From IMG/VR virus record IMGVR_UViG_3300023263_000002, positions 1 through 64,000 of that record: a stretch of DNA of 64,000 nucleotides. One strand, written 5' to 3'. This document shows positions 9,270-19,003 of this stretch, in pieces (the first letter of the stretch is position 1; each line of letters starts with the position of its first letter). The translations under genes were made by a program, and so were the position numbers. This stretch comes from a virus (taxonomy: Duplodnaviria > Caudoviricetes). The notes under the pieces are model-generated. The model ran no database searches. It was not told the DNA's origin and was given only the letters and a program-made list of their open reading frames with translations.

Positions 9270-10358
9270 CTACCGGCCCTGCACTGCGATCAAATGGTAC
9301 ATATCGCTGCCGCTGGCAAGGACGATACACTTCGGATCAAACAGGATCCGGTCAAACTTCGTGAGATCGCACTCACGGAAACGCGCCAGGTCGATCTTGA
9401 TATTGACTTCAGGATGCGTGCCGAACTCAACTGGTTCTGTCACGTCGCCATGCTCAGACTTCGAGATGATGCGGAGAGTAGTATTGTCGTCATCATCCGC
9501 GACCACCTTGATTCGTGTCGTCGGTTCCAACGCCTTGTGCACTACAAGGTAAGCTCTGTCGAGTGCTGCAGGCAGGTCCTTGGGAATCGCTGCCAGCTGA
9601 TTGTCGGCACCAGCAGGGAGGTAGCTCGCGACAATGCTTTCGAACTTCGGCGGGTTGGGATCATCAACGAGCCGGCCGTAGAGAATTGTTCCATCATCAA
9701 AGAGCATGTTGACGTGTTCTTTGTCGATGTAAAACAACGCACCTTCGACGTCGGTTCGCTGCAAAAGCTTCAGAGCAATCTCACAGAACAGTTTTGATAG
9801 AGTGACGTGCCCTTCAAGCTTGTGGTCCTTCGAGGCGACAGAAGCCGACGATAGTGTCACGGAATCTGTGCTGTAGAACTTCAACTTGTTCTTGGTCGGA
9901 ACCACCGTAACACCAAGGCGCTGGGGTTCGGAGACTCGCCGGCTGAGAGACTGCAAACAGATGTCCAGCGCACGAATCAACGCGTGCTTTGATTTCCGTG
10001 ACACGACCAGCGTCTCGTCGCCGGGAACAACTTTGGGGAAGGTGAACAGAAAGGAGTCGGGCGGCATGAGCGGGATACGCATCTTGGAGCGGCCGGACTT
10101 CACGAGCACGTTGCCTTCCTCGGGGACGAGCGATACTTCCTCGCCGTCGTACTTACTCAAAACACCACTTAGGAGCGATCCGCGAATCGCCCCTTTGAAA
10201 TCTGTCTTGAATGGAACCGAGATGGCCACGATATCATTGTAGGCCATCACCGCTTTCCCCGTGAACCAGAAGTGCGTCAGCACGGGGATGAGATCGTTTG
10301 ATGCGATGGCTGGATCAACAGTCGAAAGGACTTCCAGCAGACTCTCACGCTTCATCAA
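9270..10358 (-). CDS. dnaN: DNA polymerase sliding clamp (beta subunit-like)
   Basis: 362 aa, PVLTH, YSTDSVTL, GRLVD..PP.F..IV; next to polymerase and clamp loader. Confidence 0.75.
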   Translation of the reverse strand: MMKRESLLEVLSTVDPAIASNDLIPVLTHFWFTGKAVMAYNDIVAISVPFKTDFKGAIRGSLLSGVLSKYDGEEVSLVPEEGNVLVKSGRSKMRIPLMPPDSFLFTFPKVVPGDETLVVSRKSKHALIRALDICLQSLSRRVSEPQRLGVTVVPTKNKLKFYSTDSVTLSSASVASKDHKLEGHVTLSKLFCEIALKLLQRTDVEGALFYIDKEHVNMLFDDGTILYGRLVDDPNPPKFESIVASYLPAGADNQLAAIPKDLPAALDRAYLVVHKALEPTTRIKVVADDDDNTTLRIISKSEHGDVTEPVEFGTHPEVNIKIDLARFRECDLTKFDRILFDPKCIVLASGSDMYHLIAVQGR

Positions 10359-11565
10359 GTTGTTCCTTTATCACCTGTAGAAAATATTCATCCTTCGGAT
10401 CGACATATGGGGGAGTAGTTCCTCGACGTAAGGTTCTCTCAGCCAGCTGGATCCTTCTCCGGTTCCAGTACTCTGCCCGCCCCCAATTCTTGAAACGCAA
10501 CGTCCTCCGCTGACCAGGAGACTTCACTGCGCCGTACTTCGCGTAGGCAAAGATCTCCGCGGGGTCAGCGTCACGAAGATCGAAGTAAGATAGAAGCCTC
10601 TCCTTGATTCCAAGCCTGTTTAGGATCTCCGACCGGCGCGTATTTCCCGTAGGCCCAACTGCAAATATCGCCTTCTTCATCTCCCACTGCGGAAGCTCAG
10701 ACTCGTGGCTGGAGGGAAAGAACGTTCCGCGCTTCCGATACGGAGCATACTTCAACAGCCTCGAGAGATTCTGGTAGTAGATCGCCATGGCTTCCATACG
10801 AATGTAGGGATCGTATCGAAGGCTGTGCATAGACGTCTTTACTTCATTCTCGATAAACCGTCGAGCCAAGGCCTGATATTCCAAGCCCTGCATCTCGATC
10901 TCGTACCGATCATTCTTTCGCTCAGATCCGGTGACCCAAACAGATACAGGATTCTCCTTGTAATTGGAGCCACCTGAAGGCTCCGGGCGAGGAACGAAGA
11001 TACAGCCATATCCTGACTTAATCACCCAGGTTACGCTATCAAAGCTGTACCAAGGAAACTGCCACAGCACGGGAACAGCCGTGACTCCGAAACCATGTGT
11101 CTTGACGTACGGCCGGCCTTGGGAATCTGTTATCCGATCGAATACCTGATCGAACCAACCCGTATTCATCGAGATAGAGTCACCAGAAGGCGATATCCCG
11201 ATATACGGCTCACCGTCCTCGAGCAGCCGCTCGAGATGACGCCACTCTTCACCTTGATGGAAGACTGGAACAGCCGGGATACCTGCTGCCTTCATCTCCT
11301 GGAGATTCTCGTACGAACGGCGTGCGCCGATCTCCACGTCCTGAGTAGTCTTCTTCCGTCCAAAGTCACCTGGGATAACGTCAAGGTTGACGATGGAATG
11401 AAATAGATGTCCGTACTCCTTGACGAAAGCGATGTAATCCTGGACCTTGATCTCCTCGCCCCGGGTCCACGCTCCAAAGGCGCCAGAGTCTAACATCAGC
11501 TCTACGTCGATAGGCTGCAAACCTTCGGTTCGCACCTTAGGAGAGTTTACCCGAATTCTTTTCAT
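10345..11565 (-). CDS. TGT-fold DNA guanine transglycosylase (DpdA-like)
   Basis: MLDSGAF, NLDVIPG, PVFHQGE, HGFGVT, PWYSFDS.TW; coupled to folE. Confidence 0.75.
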   Translation of the reverse strand: MKRIRVNSPKVRTEGLQPIDVELMLDSGAFGAWTRGEEIKVQDYIAFVKEYGHLFHSIVNLDVIPGDFGRKKTTQDVEIGARRSYENLQEMKAAGIPAVPVFHQGEEWRHLERLLEDGEPYIGISPSGDSISMNTGWFDQVFDRITDSQGRPYVKTHGFGVTAVPVLWQFPWYSFDSVTWVIKSGYGCIFVPRPEPSGGSNYKENPVSVWVTGSERKNDRYEIEMQGLEYQALARRFIENEVKTSMHSLRYDPYIRMEAMAIYYQNLSRLLKYAPYRKRGTFFPSSHESELPQWEMKKAIFAVGPTGNTRRSEILNRLGIKERLLSYFDLRDADPAEIFAYAKYGAVKSPGQRRTLRFKNWGRAEYWNRRRIQLAERTLRRGTTPPYVDPKDEYFLQVIKEQLDEA

Positions 11566-12197
11566 ATGCGAACGTCCTTATCTGCCATCTCAACAAACTT
11601 CAGGAACTCCGCCCGCGCCTCAGGCTCATGCAGGAAGTCACCTTCTAGATGCGACGTGTAGGTAATCGTCCCCGGCTTCTGCACGCCGCGCATCTCTATG
11701 CACATATGGCGGCAGCGAAGCACCACACCTACAGCCTTAGGATCGAGGTACTCTTCCAGCGCCTGAGCGATTTGACGAGTAAGCCTCTCCTGGACCTGGA
11801 ACCGCTGCGCGAACATATTCACCAAGCGCGCGATCTTCGACAGGCCGATGATCTTCCCATCAGGAATGTAACCAACATGTGCTACCCCAAAGAACGGGAG
11901 CATATGATGCTCGCACAAACTGTAGAGTTGAATCTGGCCCTGAAACACCAGACCACCGTAACCCTCCGCCCCGTCTTTGAATGACTTCAAGAAGGAGCTC
12001 GCATCGACGCCGTATCCGGAGGTCAAGGTCTCCATAGCTTTAACGTATCTCGCCGGAGTTTCGGCCATGCCTGGGCGCAGTCCGCTGGGGCCATTATCAG
12101 TCAGGCCAAGGATAACGTCTTTAACGCTTTGCTCAACTCTGGCGCGTAGAATAGGATTGGTGATAGCCACTGAATGTACCCCGGATAATGATAACAT
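11562..12197 (-). CDS. folE: GTP cyclohydrolase I
   Basis: ETPAR, SLCEHHMLPF, GLSKIAR, QVQERLT, HMC..RGV. Confidence 0.97.
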   Translation of the reverse strand: MLSLSGVHSVAITNPILRARVEQSVKDVILGLTDNGPSGLRPGMAETPARYVKAMETLTSGYGVDASSFLKSFKDGAEGYGGLVFQGQIQLYSLCEHHMLPFFGVAHVGYIPDGKIIGLSKIARLVNMFAQRFQVQERLTRQIAQALEEYLDPKAVGVVLRCRHMCIEMRGVQKPGTITYTSHLEGDFLHEPEARAEFLKFVEMADKDVRI

Positions 12198-12253
12198 CAG
12201 GGGAACCGAGCGGACCCAGTTCCCCTACTAGAGATCGCCGCTAGTAGAAGCGA

Positions 12254-12985
12254 CTACTCCTCCGACATCTTCGCCGCGAGCGCCTTGCTGAGGCCGCCGC
12301 CTGCCAGCATGATCTTCAGCGTATGCCGAAAGTCGGCGCGGACGGTGGTGACCGTCATGTTGCTGATCGTCTCGAAGCCGGCCTTGGCAAGTTTCTTGGT
12401 GAGGTCTTCAACCGAGATAGCGGGATCCTCGAGCATGATCGTCTTGATGCTCGCCGTAACGCCGGTGGCGCCGCCGCGCTTGGTTCCGCCCTTGTCGTCA
12501 GCCTTGGCTTTCTCCTTGCCGGCCTTCTTCTTCGACTTGGCGTCGTCCTCGTCTTCTTCTTCGTCCTCGTCTTCTTCGTCCTCGTCCTTGGCCTTCTTCT
12601 TCTTGTCGTCCTTCGCCGGCTTCTTCTCCTCCTTCTTGGCGGGCTTCTTCTCCTCCTTCTTCGCCGACTTCTTCGCCGGCTTCTCGTCTTCTTCTTCCTC
12701 GTCTTCGTCCTCGGCGGCCTTCTCGTCTTCTTCTTCCTCGTCCTCGTCTTCATCCTCGTCGGCGTCGGCCGGGAAGCTCGGGAGGTCCTTCTTGGACTTG
12801 GCCTTCTTGGCGGCCTCGTTTGCCCACTTCTGCGCCGGCTCGGAGAGATCCGACCAGCCGTCATCGCTGAGGTCGTCGATGGCTTTCAGCACGCGGCCGA
12901 GATAATCCTGCTCGTCCTCGCCGGACTTCTGCTTCTTAACTTTCAGAGCCTTCAACAGCTCTGCTTCAACCTTAGAATTCGCCAT
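12254..12985 (-). CDS. Lys/Glu/Asp-rich protein with folded termini, possible nucleic-acid binding
   Basis: 243 aa, strongly biased codon usage, AAGGAAA RBS. Confidence 0.7.
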   Translation of the reverse strand: MANSKVEAELLKALKVKKQKSGEDEQDYLGRVLKAIDDLSDDGWSDLSEPAQKWANEAAKKAKSKKDLPSFPADADEDEDEDEEEEDEKAAEDEDEEEEDEKPAKKSAKKEEKKPAKKEEKKPAKDDKKKKAKDEDEEDEDEEEDEDDAKSKKKAGKEKAKADDKGGTKRGGATGVTASIKTIMLEDPAISVEDLTKKLAKAGFETISNMTVTTVRADFRHTLKIMLAGGGLSKALAAKMSEE

Positions 12986-13038
12986 TTGTATTTTCCTTGC
13001 TATTGCTGTTCATTCAGAACAAACAGGTTTAAAAACGT

Positions 13039-13752
13039 CTAAGCAGCGTACTCCGTAGGATCGGTGACGCCAACCAATTGAAACCCTGCGCGGCGTGCCC
13101 GACAGGTTGGGCACACTCCACAATGTAACTCACCTCCTTTGTAACAACTCCAGGTGCTATCCCAGGCTACGCCGAGCCGCTCACCCAGAAGGATAATATC
13201 CCCCTTAGTCAACCATTGCAAGGGGGTACAGAGCCTAACCTGCTGATACGTGCCAATGAAGATAGCGTTCGCCATCGCTCCATTGAATTCAGGCGTGCAG
13301 TCAGGATAGGCCCAACCTTGAGCATCCTCGGCGTGTGCGCCGTAATACAAGGAATGCTCGCCGGCATTCTGGACGCTTGTTGGTTCGCCGAACTCGCCGT
13401 TCTGCAATCCACCGTGGAACGCTGATGCTGCTGCGGAGAGCATCAAGCCATTGCGGAATGGAACGTAAGTCGGAGACGTACCAACGATGTCGCTGTACGA
13501 GATGTTTGGAACCTCGCGCGTATCATCGGTCAACATCGTCGGAGGGATAACCGAGTCAAGGTTGATGACTTTCCGCTGCACACCAAGCTGTGCACACGTC
13601 TTGTCGGCGAACTCGATTTCCTTCTTGTGGCGCTGGCCGTAATGAACAGACATCCCAATCACGAACTCGTTGCCGTGATTCCGGCACGCCAGATGTAACG
13701 CCACGGTGCTGTCAATGCCACCGCTCAAAAGTACCGCTGCCCTGCCACCCAT
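13039..13752 (-). CDS. queC: 7-cyano-7-deazaguanine synthase
   Basis: LSGGIDS, YGQRH, TYVPFRN, YPDC, TWSCY.....CG.C..C. Confidence 0.97.
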   Translation of the reverse strand: MGGRAAVLLSGGIDSTVALHLACRNHGNEFVIGMSVHYGQRHKKEIEFADKTCAQLGVQRKVINLDSVIPPTMLTDDTREVPNISYSDIVGTSPTYVPFRNGLMLSAAASAFHGGLQNGEFGEPTSVQNAGEHSLYYGAHAEDAQGWAYPDCTPEFNGAMANAIFIGTYQQVRLCTPLQWLTKGDIILLGERLGVAWDSTWSCYKGGELHCGVCPTCRARRAGFQLVGVTDPTEYAA

Positions 13753-13764
13753 GAGTAACTCCTA

Positions 13765-14340
13765 CTAAGCTTCGAGAAGATATTGCTTCGTCATCGACAT
13801 GAGGTCAAGATCTGCGCCAATGCCGATGTAGCGACTGATGCGAGAATTTACGGTCTCCCTAGACCCATCCAGCCTCCTCCGAAAAGGACGCCGCATAATA
13901 CATACCCCAGCTTCAGACACCAGGAATTTTAATACAGATCTAATGGGCTCTGACGCCTCGACTATCGCACGACTAACAAGCGGATCAGTACACAAGTCTC
14001 CTGACTGCCCGCTCCTGCTGTACAAGGTCTCAAGAAGGTTGGGCCGGTTCTCGACAAGTGCATCGAGGCTCTGCTTCAGATAGTTGTAGCTCTTGTCCTT
14101 GTCGCGCGAAGCAGTCCAGATGATATGATTGGAGAACGTCATCTTGAAAAGGCTCATCAGACGTCCGTCCTGTGTCAGATCGCCGACATTGGTGTACTTA
14201 TTCACGACGATGGCCCAGCACATATGACCGTCCTGTATCAAGTCTTCGACATCGTCATATATGTGCCGGACCTTCCAGTAATTCTTACGAGCGTACATCT
14301 TCAACCAAGAAGTGCCGCCTGCATCTAATTGTACTCTCAT
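13765..14340 (-). CDS. putative RNA polymerase sigma-factor-like protein
   Basis: DVEDLIQDG region-2-like motif; C-terminal helical segment. Confidence 0.45.
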   Translation of the reverse strand: MRVQLDAGGTSWLKMYARKNYWKVRHIYDDVEDLIQDGHMCWAIVVNKYTNVGDLTQDGRLMSLFKMTFSNHIIWTASRDKDKSYNYLKQSLDALVENRPNLLETLYSRSGQSGDLCTDPLVSRAIVEASEPIRSVLKFLVSEAGVCIMRRPFRRRLDGSRETVNSRISRYIGIGADLDLMSMTKQYLLEA

Positions 14341-14426
14341 ACTACCTCCCGCGCTTATGCGGAGGCGAGCTTAAAGGCCAATTTTATATTTTGCAAGAGG
14401 TATGGAAGAACCGCTTTAGCTCGCGG

Positions 14427-14891
14427 TTACAATGGCTTGGCGGCGCAGATCGCGGAATTCCCGCCGTGCTCTGAGACCTCGACCGATACGAGGAAACACC
14501 GAGGGCCGAATCCAGCGGCAATCAACCACTGCTGAGCGTATTCGAAGATGAAGGAAGCGAAGGATTCACAGCCGGTGGCGGGAACGACGCGCATCTGAAT
14601 GATGCCGAGGCTGGCCAAAGATTCCATAACAGACAGGTGAGGATCGTCTTCGGCAACAAGAGTGGTGTGGTCGAACCATTGTTCGAGCCAGCCCTTGAGA
14701 TCTTTCAATCCGCCGAAGTCAACTACCCACTTGTTATTATCGAGTTCGTTGGCGCCGAATGTGAATTTTACTTTGAGGGGGTATCCGTGGAGGAATCTAC
14801 AATGCGAGTGTGCACGCCACTGCCGGAAGGTGCAGGTGAACCCTGCTTCGTGCATATAGGTTTTCGTGGAGAAATGTAGAGTCTGAGTCAT
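14427..14891 (-). CDS. queD: 6-carboxy-5,6,7,8-tetrahydropterin synthase
   Basis: HC..LHGY, VVDFGGLK, FDH, V.VSEH..N.A. Confidence 0.93.
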   Translation of the reverse strand: MTQTLHFSTKTYMHEAGFTCTFRQWRAHSHCRFLHGYPLKVKFTFGANELDNNKWVVDFGGLKDLKGWLEQWFDHTTLVAEDDPHLSVMESLASLGIIQMRVVPATGCESFASFIFEYAQQWLIAAGFGPRCFLVSVEVSEHGGNSAICAAKPL

Positions 14892-15002
14892 GCACATACA
14901 CCTTGTTTTCATTGCTTTTTGTAAATGGGGGTTTCTCGGTATACGGGACCCCCGGCTCCGCCACAGGAAGATCGCGGACCATGCAGCTGGACGCGATCAC
15001 GC

Positions 15003-16025
15003 CTACCGAGAAAAGGCAAATAGACTAAGGAAATCTTTTTTCGTTAACTCTCCAGGGTCCTTCAGGTGACCCGGGAGATGTAGAACTTCAAGATTCGTAG
15101 ACGAAAGCACACCATCAAATTCATTCTTTAGCGCAAGAGATTTCGACAGGGTGCCTTCGTCTAGAAGCAAGAAGCGGTTTCTGAATTTCGGTAGTACTCT
15201 ATACAAACAATCTATCTGCCGTTTAGACGGCGCAGAGGTGAAGAAACATGTTGCGATTAGAGCATGGTGACGTTCTCCTAAGGTTCTCAACTTCAGCGCG
15301 TCAAACGGACCCTCAACTACTACAAGCGTGCTATGAGATCCGACGCATAGTTCATCATACCAGAGCAGGAAGTCACTTATGTTGCCTGCTGCGGGTTCGA
15401 GCCCTAGCACACTAGCACGATCGGGGTCCACGGTCAATGTTTTATATCGCAAAGTATCGGACGAAAATATAGATCTTGCCGTCCACGTTACCAGCTTTCC
15501 TTCATAAAAAACTGGGAATATGATACGGCCCCGGAACGGACCGTTCTTACAATAGCGCAAGCCGTACTTTTTGGTGATACCATTGATTTGTTTTTCGGTG
15601 TACCCACGCCGCGTTAGGTAGGATCTATAGAACCGCTCACCGCGACCGCCAGTGAATGGTAGAAATTCTTCAGGCATTTTCAGACTGCGCAGCGGGGCCG
15701 GGTCGGAGGGCGGGGCCAGCAGGGCTTCAACGCTGCCTAGCAGGTCCGCCGGTAGGCTCGCGGTCTCGCCTGCGATTCGCTGGGCTTGCTCCCAGGAGCA
15801 CCCAGTAAGCAACTGGATCAGTCGAGCCACGCTCTTGCCGCGATGCGCCGGATCTCGCCAGCATCCCCACCATGGGCCTACGAGTGAGATGCCCAAGTGG
15901 TGCGAAGGGTCCCCCGCACCACACAATGGACAATGCACGTTGACGTTATTCTTGGCGACGTTCGCCCCCGCGGTGACATACTCGATACCCTGTCGATCCA
16001 GGAAGGCGATCCAATCGAACATCAT
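15003..16025 (-). CDS. DNA primase (zinc finger + TOPRIM)
   Basis: CPLC....H...CW zinc finger, RIIFPV, VVVEGPFDAL, LLD. Confidence 0.88.
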   Translation of the reverse strand: MMFDWIAFLDRQGIEYVTAGANVAKNNVNVHCPLCGAGDPSHHLGISLVGPWWGCWRDPAHRGKSVARLIQLLTGCSWEQAQRIAGETASLPADLLGSVEALLAPPSDPAPLRSLKMPEEFLPFTGGRGERFYRSYLTRRGYTEKQINGITKKYGLRYCKNGPFRGRIIFPVFYEGKLVTWTARSIFSSDTLRYKTLTVDPDRASVLGLEPAAGNISDFLLWYDELCVGSHSTLVVVEGPFDALKLRTLGERHHALIATCFFTSAPSKRQIDCLYRVLPKFRNRFLLLDEGTLSKSLALKNEFDGVLSSTNLEVLHLPGHLKDPGELTKKDFLSLFAFSR

Positions 16026-16672
16026 CTGCCTTTCTTCAAATCTACAACTTCGATGGCCGAGAGGTCGGGGACCTTGCCACCGGTAATCAACTTCCAGTAC
16101 GCGTCCTCCTCGAGATTGTCAGTCTCCTTGAAGGTGAGCTTCATCAGGTTTCGATAGTACACTCCCATCAACTTGTAATTCATTGGAGAGATCGATGGGT
16201 CGCTCATATGGGCCAATGCATGGGCATGTGGTACATATGAAACCCGCGTGAGAGCCACAGGAGGAACCTTCCCGTAGTACGTCCCTGTTCCCATCCCCTG
16301 TATAGAGTCAAACCAGTGGTGCCGAAACTCTGTAAGAGCTCGCTTCCGAAACCACATGGTCCGAGCCTTCATGGTTCGCCCCGCTTTCGTGAATTTTGGA
16401 TTTCGTCGCGTAACCTGCTCAAGGAAATCCTCGTCTGGAGCAATAAGGTCTTGGGCCAACATATCGAGATCGAACTCGAATACCGCGAAGCGCTCAGTGC
16501 CCTCAGCACAACACTTCGAGAAATGCAAAGCGTAGGCTGTGGTGAAATACACAGCCTTGTTGTTTGACGGGACGCTATGATCCCAATTGCCTTTTCCGCG
16601 GCCGCGCGAGACCAGCCCATTCTGAATGATGGCGCTGGCGTACCGCTCGCTTGTTCCATGATACACCAGCAT
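16022..16672 (-). CDS. putative ADP-ribosyltransferase-fold (NAD-binding) protein
   Basis: VYHGTS....I...GL and VYFTT motifs. Confidence 0.5.
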   Translation of the reverse strand: MLVYHGTSERYASAIIQNGLVSRGRGKGNWDHSVPSNNKAVYFTTAYALHFSKCCAEGTERFAVFEFDLDMLAQDLIAPDEDFLEQVTRRNPKFTKAGRTMKARTMWFRKRALTEFRHHWFDSIQGMGTGTYYGKVPPVALTRVSYVPHAHALAHMSDPSISPMNYKLMGVYYRNLMKLTFKETDNLEEDAYWKLITGGKVPDLSAIEVVDLKKGR

Positions 16673-16676
16673 GACC

Positions 16677-17108
16677 TTAAATCCCATCATCGTCGGAGCG
16701 GACGTCCGAATGCTCCGCGCGCCCGTAGCCATTCTTCCAAGCTCGATCCAGCGTGCTGTTCAACGGGTAGGGGCTCATTGCCTCAGCAGGAGATACGCTG
16801 CTCTCGAGGAAAGCGGTGTATCCTTCGTGATCGGCATCTTCGATCTGCTCGCGAGTAGCAGTGTCATCAGGATCCGGCTTCCGAAAAGCGGGGAAGGACC
16901 CCGACGGCGTCTGATTGCGATTCGGATACTTCTGCTGTGAGTACGTCAGCCTCTGCTGATACATTGGAGGAGTAGGCGGAGGAGACAACATGGGCGGAGG
17001 AGCGTCTGGAGTGATCTGCTCCATCGTGACCGAAAGAGCTTCGGCCATCTGCAACGCGTTTCCAATGATAGGCCGCGTAGGAAATACAATCGTAACTTTC
17101 CAAGGCAT
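16677..17108 (-). CDS. Pro-rich protein with C-terminal ribosome modulation factor-like motif
   Basis: EGY.AF....SPYP......AW.NGY. Confidence 0.5.
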   Translation of the reverse strand: MPWKVTIVFPTRPIIGNALQMAEALSVTMEQITPDAPPPMLSPPPTPPMYQQRLTYSQQKYPNRNQTPSGSFPAFRKPDPDDTATREQIEDADHEGYTAFLESSVSPAEAMSPYPLNSTLDRAWKNGYGRAEHSDVRSDDDGI

Positions 17109-17159
17109 GGTATTCTCCTGTGTGAGTATAGGAGGGCACTGAGGCCCTCCGAGCAGCAG

Positions 17160-18137
17160 TTACTTCTTCGTCTTCTCCAGAGCGATCTGGAACGCCAACT
17201 TCTTGATGTCGCCGGTGTATCCGAACCAGGCGCCGGTCAGACCGTTGTCACGCGTGCGACCCATCTCGTGGTCTATAACATATGTGACCGCGTTCAAGGC
17301 GCCCCAGAGCGTTCCCTTGCTCGACTTCAGGTCGTGGCCAGGGGCCACCTCGAGAGCTTCTTTGAACTTATTCAACATGCTCGGGATGCGCAGCGTGCCG
17401 TCCTTCCGAACCTTCGCCTTCTGCGGATCGTACTTCAGGACCTCATGGAAGTAGTCCAGGATCATATCAGACTTCATCTTCGTCTTGGCGAACACCTTCA
17501 CCGCTTCCTCGTACTCTGCCGCCTGCTCCATCGCGATTCCGAGGGCCCGCTCGGCCGCAGCCTTGGCAACATCGTTGAACTCGATCGAGTGCGGAATGCT
17601 GAAAGACCGGCCAGGTGTCCGCTTACCATTCAACGCAGCGCCGAGTGCAAAGTTCAACGTGTTCCAGCACACGACGCGAACCGACGTAAACTTCACCGTC
17701 CGGCTGTATCCGTAGATATGAGGATTGCAGAGAAGGAGATACGAGCGCATCTCGTCGTCTTTGCCGATCGTGAAATCCTTCTTCACACGCGCCAGGCACC
17801 ATACGTATTGACCACCCTTCAACGAGCCGGCTGTCTCAAGCTCCATGTCGCCGGCTTCGACGAACTTGCGGAAGAACTCGAACACGTCAGAGTTCTGAGT
17901 AACCTTGTACGTCGAGCCGACGATAGAAATAACCTTCCTATCGGTGCTGCGCACGACGGCGTGCATCTTCGGGACTTCGATGTTGTCCTGAAGATAAAGT
18001 GGCTCCTTCACCACCTGCCAATCAAGGCCGGAGGCTTTCAACATCTCGTCGGTGCTGATGTTCGACTGGACCTGATATCCAAGACCGTGCCATGGGGTCT
18101 CGTTCGCAAACGCCATGCTCTCTACTTCGTCAGCCAT
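17160..18137 (-). CDS. DUF932-family phage/plasmid protein
   Basis: PWHGLG, GLDW.V, ETAGSL.GG, VRVVC.NTL, GTLWGA.NAVT. Confidence 0.88.
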   Translation of the reverse strand: MADEVESMAFANETPWHGLGYQVQSNISTDEMLKASGLDWQVVKEPLYLQDNIEVPKMHAVVRSTDRKVISIVGSTYKVTQNSDVFEFFRKFVEAGDMELETAGSLKGGQYVWCLARVKKDFTIGKDDEMRSYLLLCNPHIYGYSRTVKFTSVRVVCWNTLNFALGAALNGKRTPGRSFSIPHSIEFNDVAKAAAERALGIAMEQAAEYEEAVKVFAKTKMKSDMILDYFHEVLKYDPQKAKVRKDGTLRIPSMLNKFKEALEVAPGHDLKSSKGTLWGALNAVTYVIDHEMGRTRDNGLTGAWFGYTGDIKKLAFQIALEKTKK

Positions 18138-18199
18138 TGTATACTCCTGTGGAATTCTGAGGGGGTTGCCGGGTGACCGACCCGGCGGCGGTATTGATG

Positions 18200-18952
18200 C
18201 TACTCGAGCATACCAGCAGGCTTGTTGTTGCTTGTGATCTGCGCATCGAGGCCGATGCTATCACCTGCTTTACGACCGGCGATCATGCCGTCGCGATCGT
18301 AGTTCTGCGGCCGGTTCTTCACCGACTTGAGACCGCCGAGCTCGTTCTCCAGAAACTCGGTAACCTCCTGCTGCGTCTGGTTGTACAGGTTCGCCAAGGC
18401 CGGAAGGTTTCCGCCAGGGCTTGCCGGAGCAGTGCTGGTCTGCAACTTGTCCATCATCCTCTCGTAGACTCGCTGGGCGCACGCCGTCTTGAAGCCGGTC
18501 TGGAAAGACCAATACTTCTTCTTGTCCTCCATCCTGTCGGCGGCCTCTTTCGCGAGGCGGTCGATCGTCTTGATGAGGTACTCGAACATCATCAACGCGA
18601 TGTCCGCGTTGTGCTGCTCGCCGGCGAAGCAATGACGCTCACGGTTGTAAACGTTCTTGCTCTTCGATTGCGTCGGCACAACCTCGAAGTAGTGCTTGGC
18701 AAAGTACAACTTGCCGACCGCGACACCGACACGCCGCTTGTGCGCGAACACGTCAGTGATCTTGGTTTTCATGATAGCGAACTTCTTCTCGCCGGACTTG
18801 ACGACATCGGCCATCGAGAGGTTGTACTTCGCGAGCAACTCCTGCGCCTTCTCCATCGCAGCTGTTGCTTCAGCTTCGTTCGGGGAGGTGGCAAGGTTGA
18901 GCAGGGCTTGGATCTTCTGGGCGGGGGTGAGCTTTGTCTTCGGCGTGGTCAT
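18200..18952 (-). CDS. DUF2786-domain protein
   Basis: KIQALL.LA.SPN.AEA..A..KAQELLAKYNL. Confidence 0.82.
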   Translation of the reverse strand: MTTPKTKLTPAQKIQALLNLATSPNEAEATAAMEKAQELLAKYNLSMADVVKSGEKKFAIMKTKITDVFAHKRRVGVAVGKLYFAKHYFEVVPTQSKSKNVYNRERHCFAGEQHNADIALMMFEYLIKTIDRLAKEAADRMEDKKKYWSFQTGFKTACAQRVYERMMDKLQTSTAPASPGGNLPALANLYNQTQQEVTEFLENELGGLKSVKNRPQNYDRDGMIAGRKAGDSIGLDAQITSNNKPAGMLE

Positions 18953-19003
18953 TAGAATCTCCTGTGTGGAAGAGTGCGGGGGATTTCTCCCCCGCGAGTT
19001 CTA

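Noticed and set aside
14913-15002. preQ1 riboswitch upstream of queD
   Set aside because: A hairpin and A-rich tail are present, but the loop and pseudoknot pairing do not fit the preQ1-I consensus
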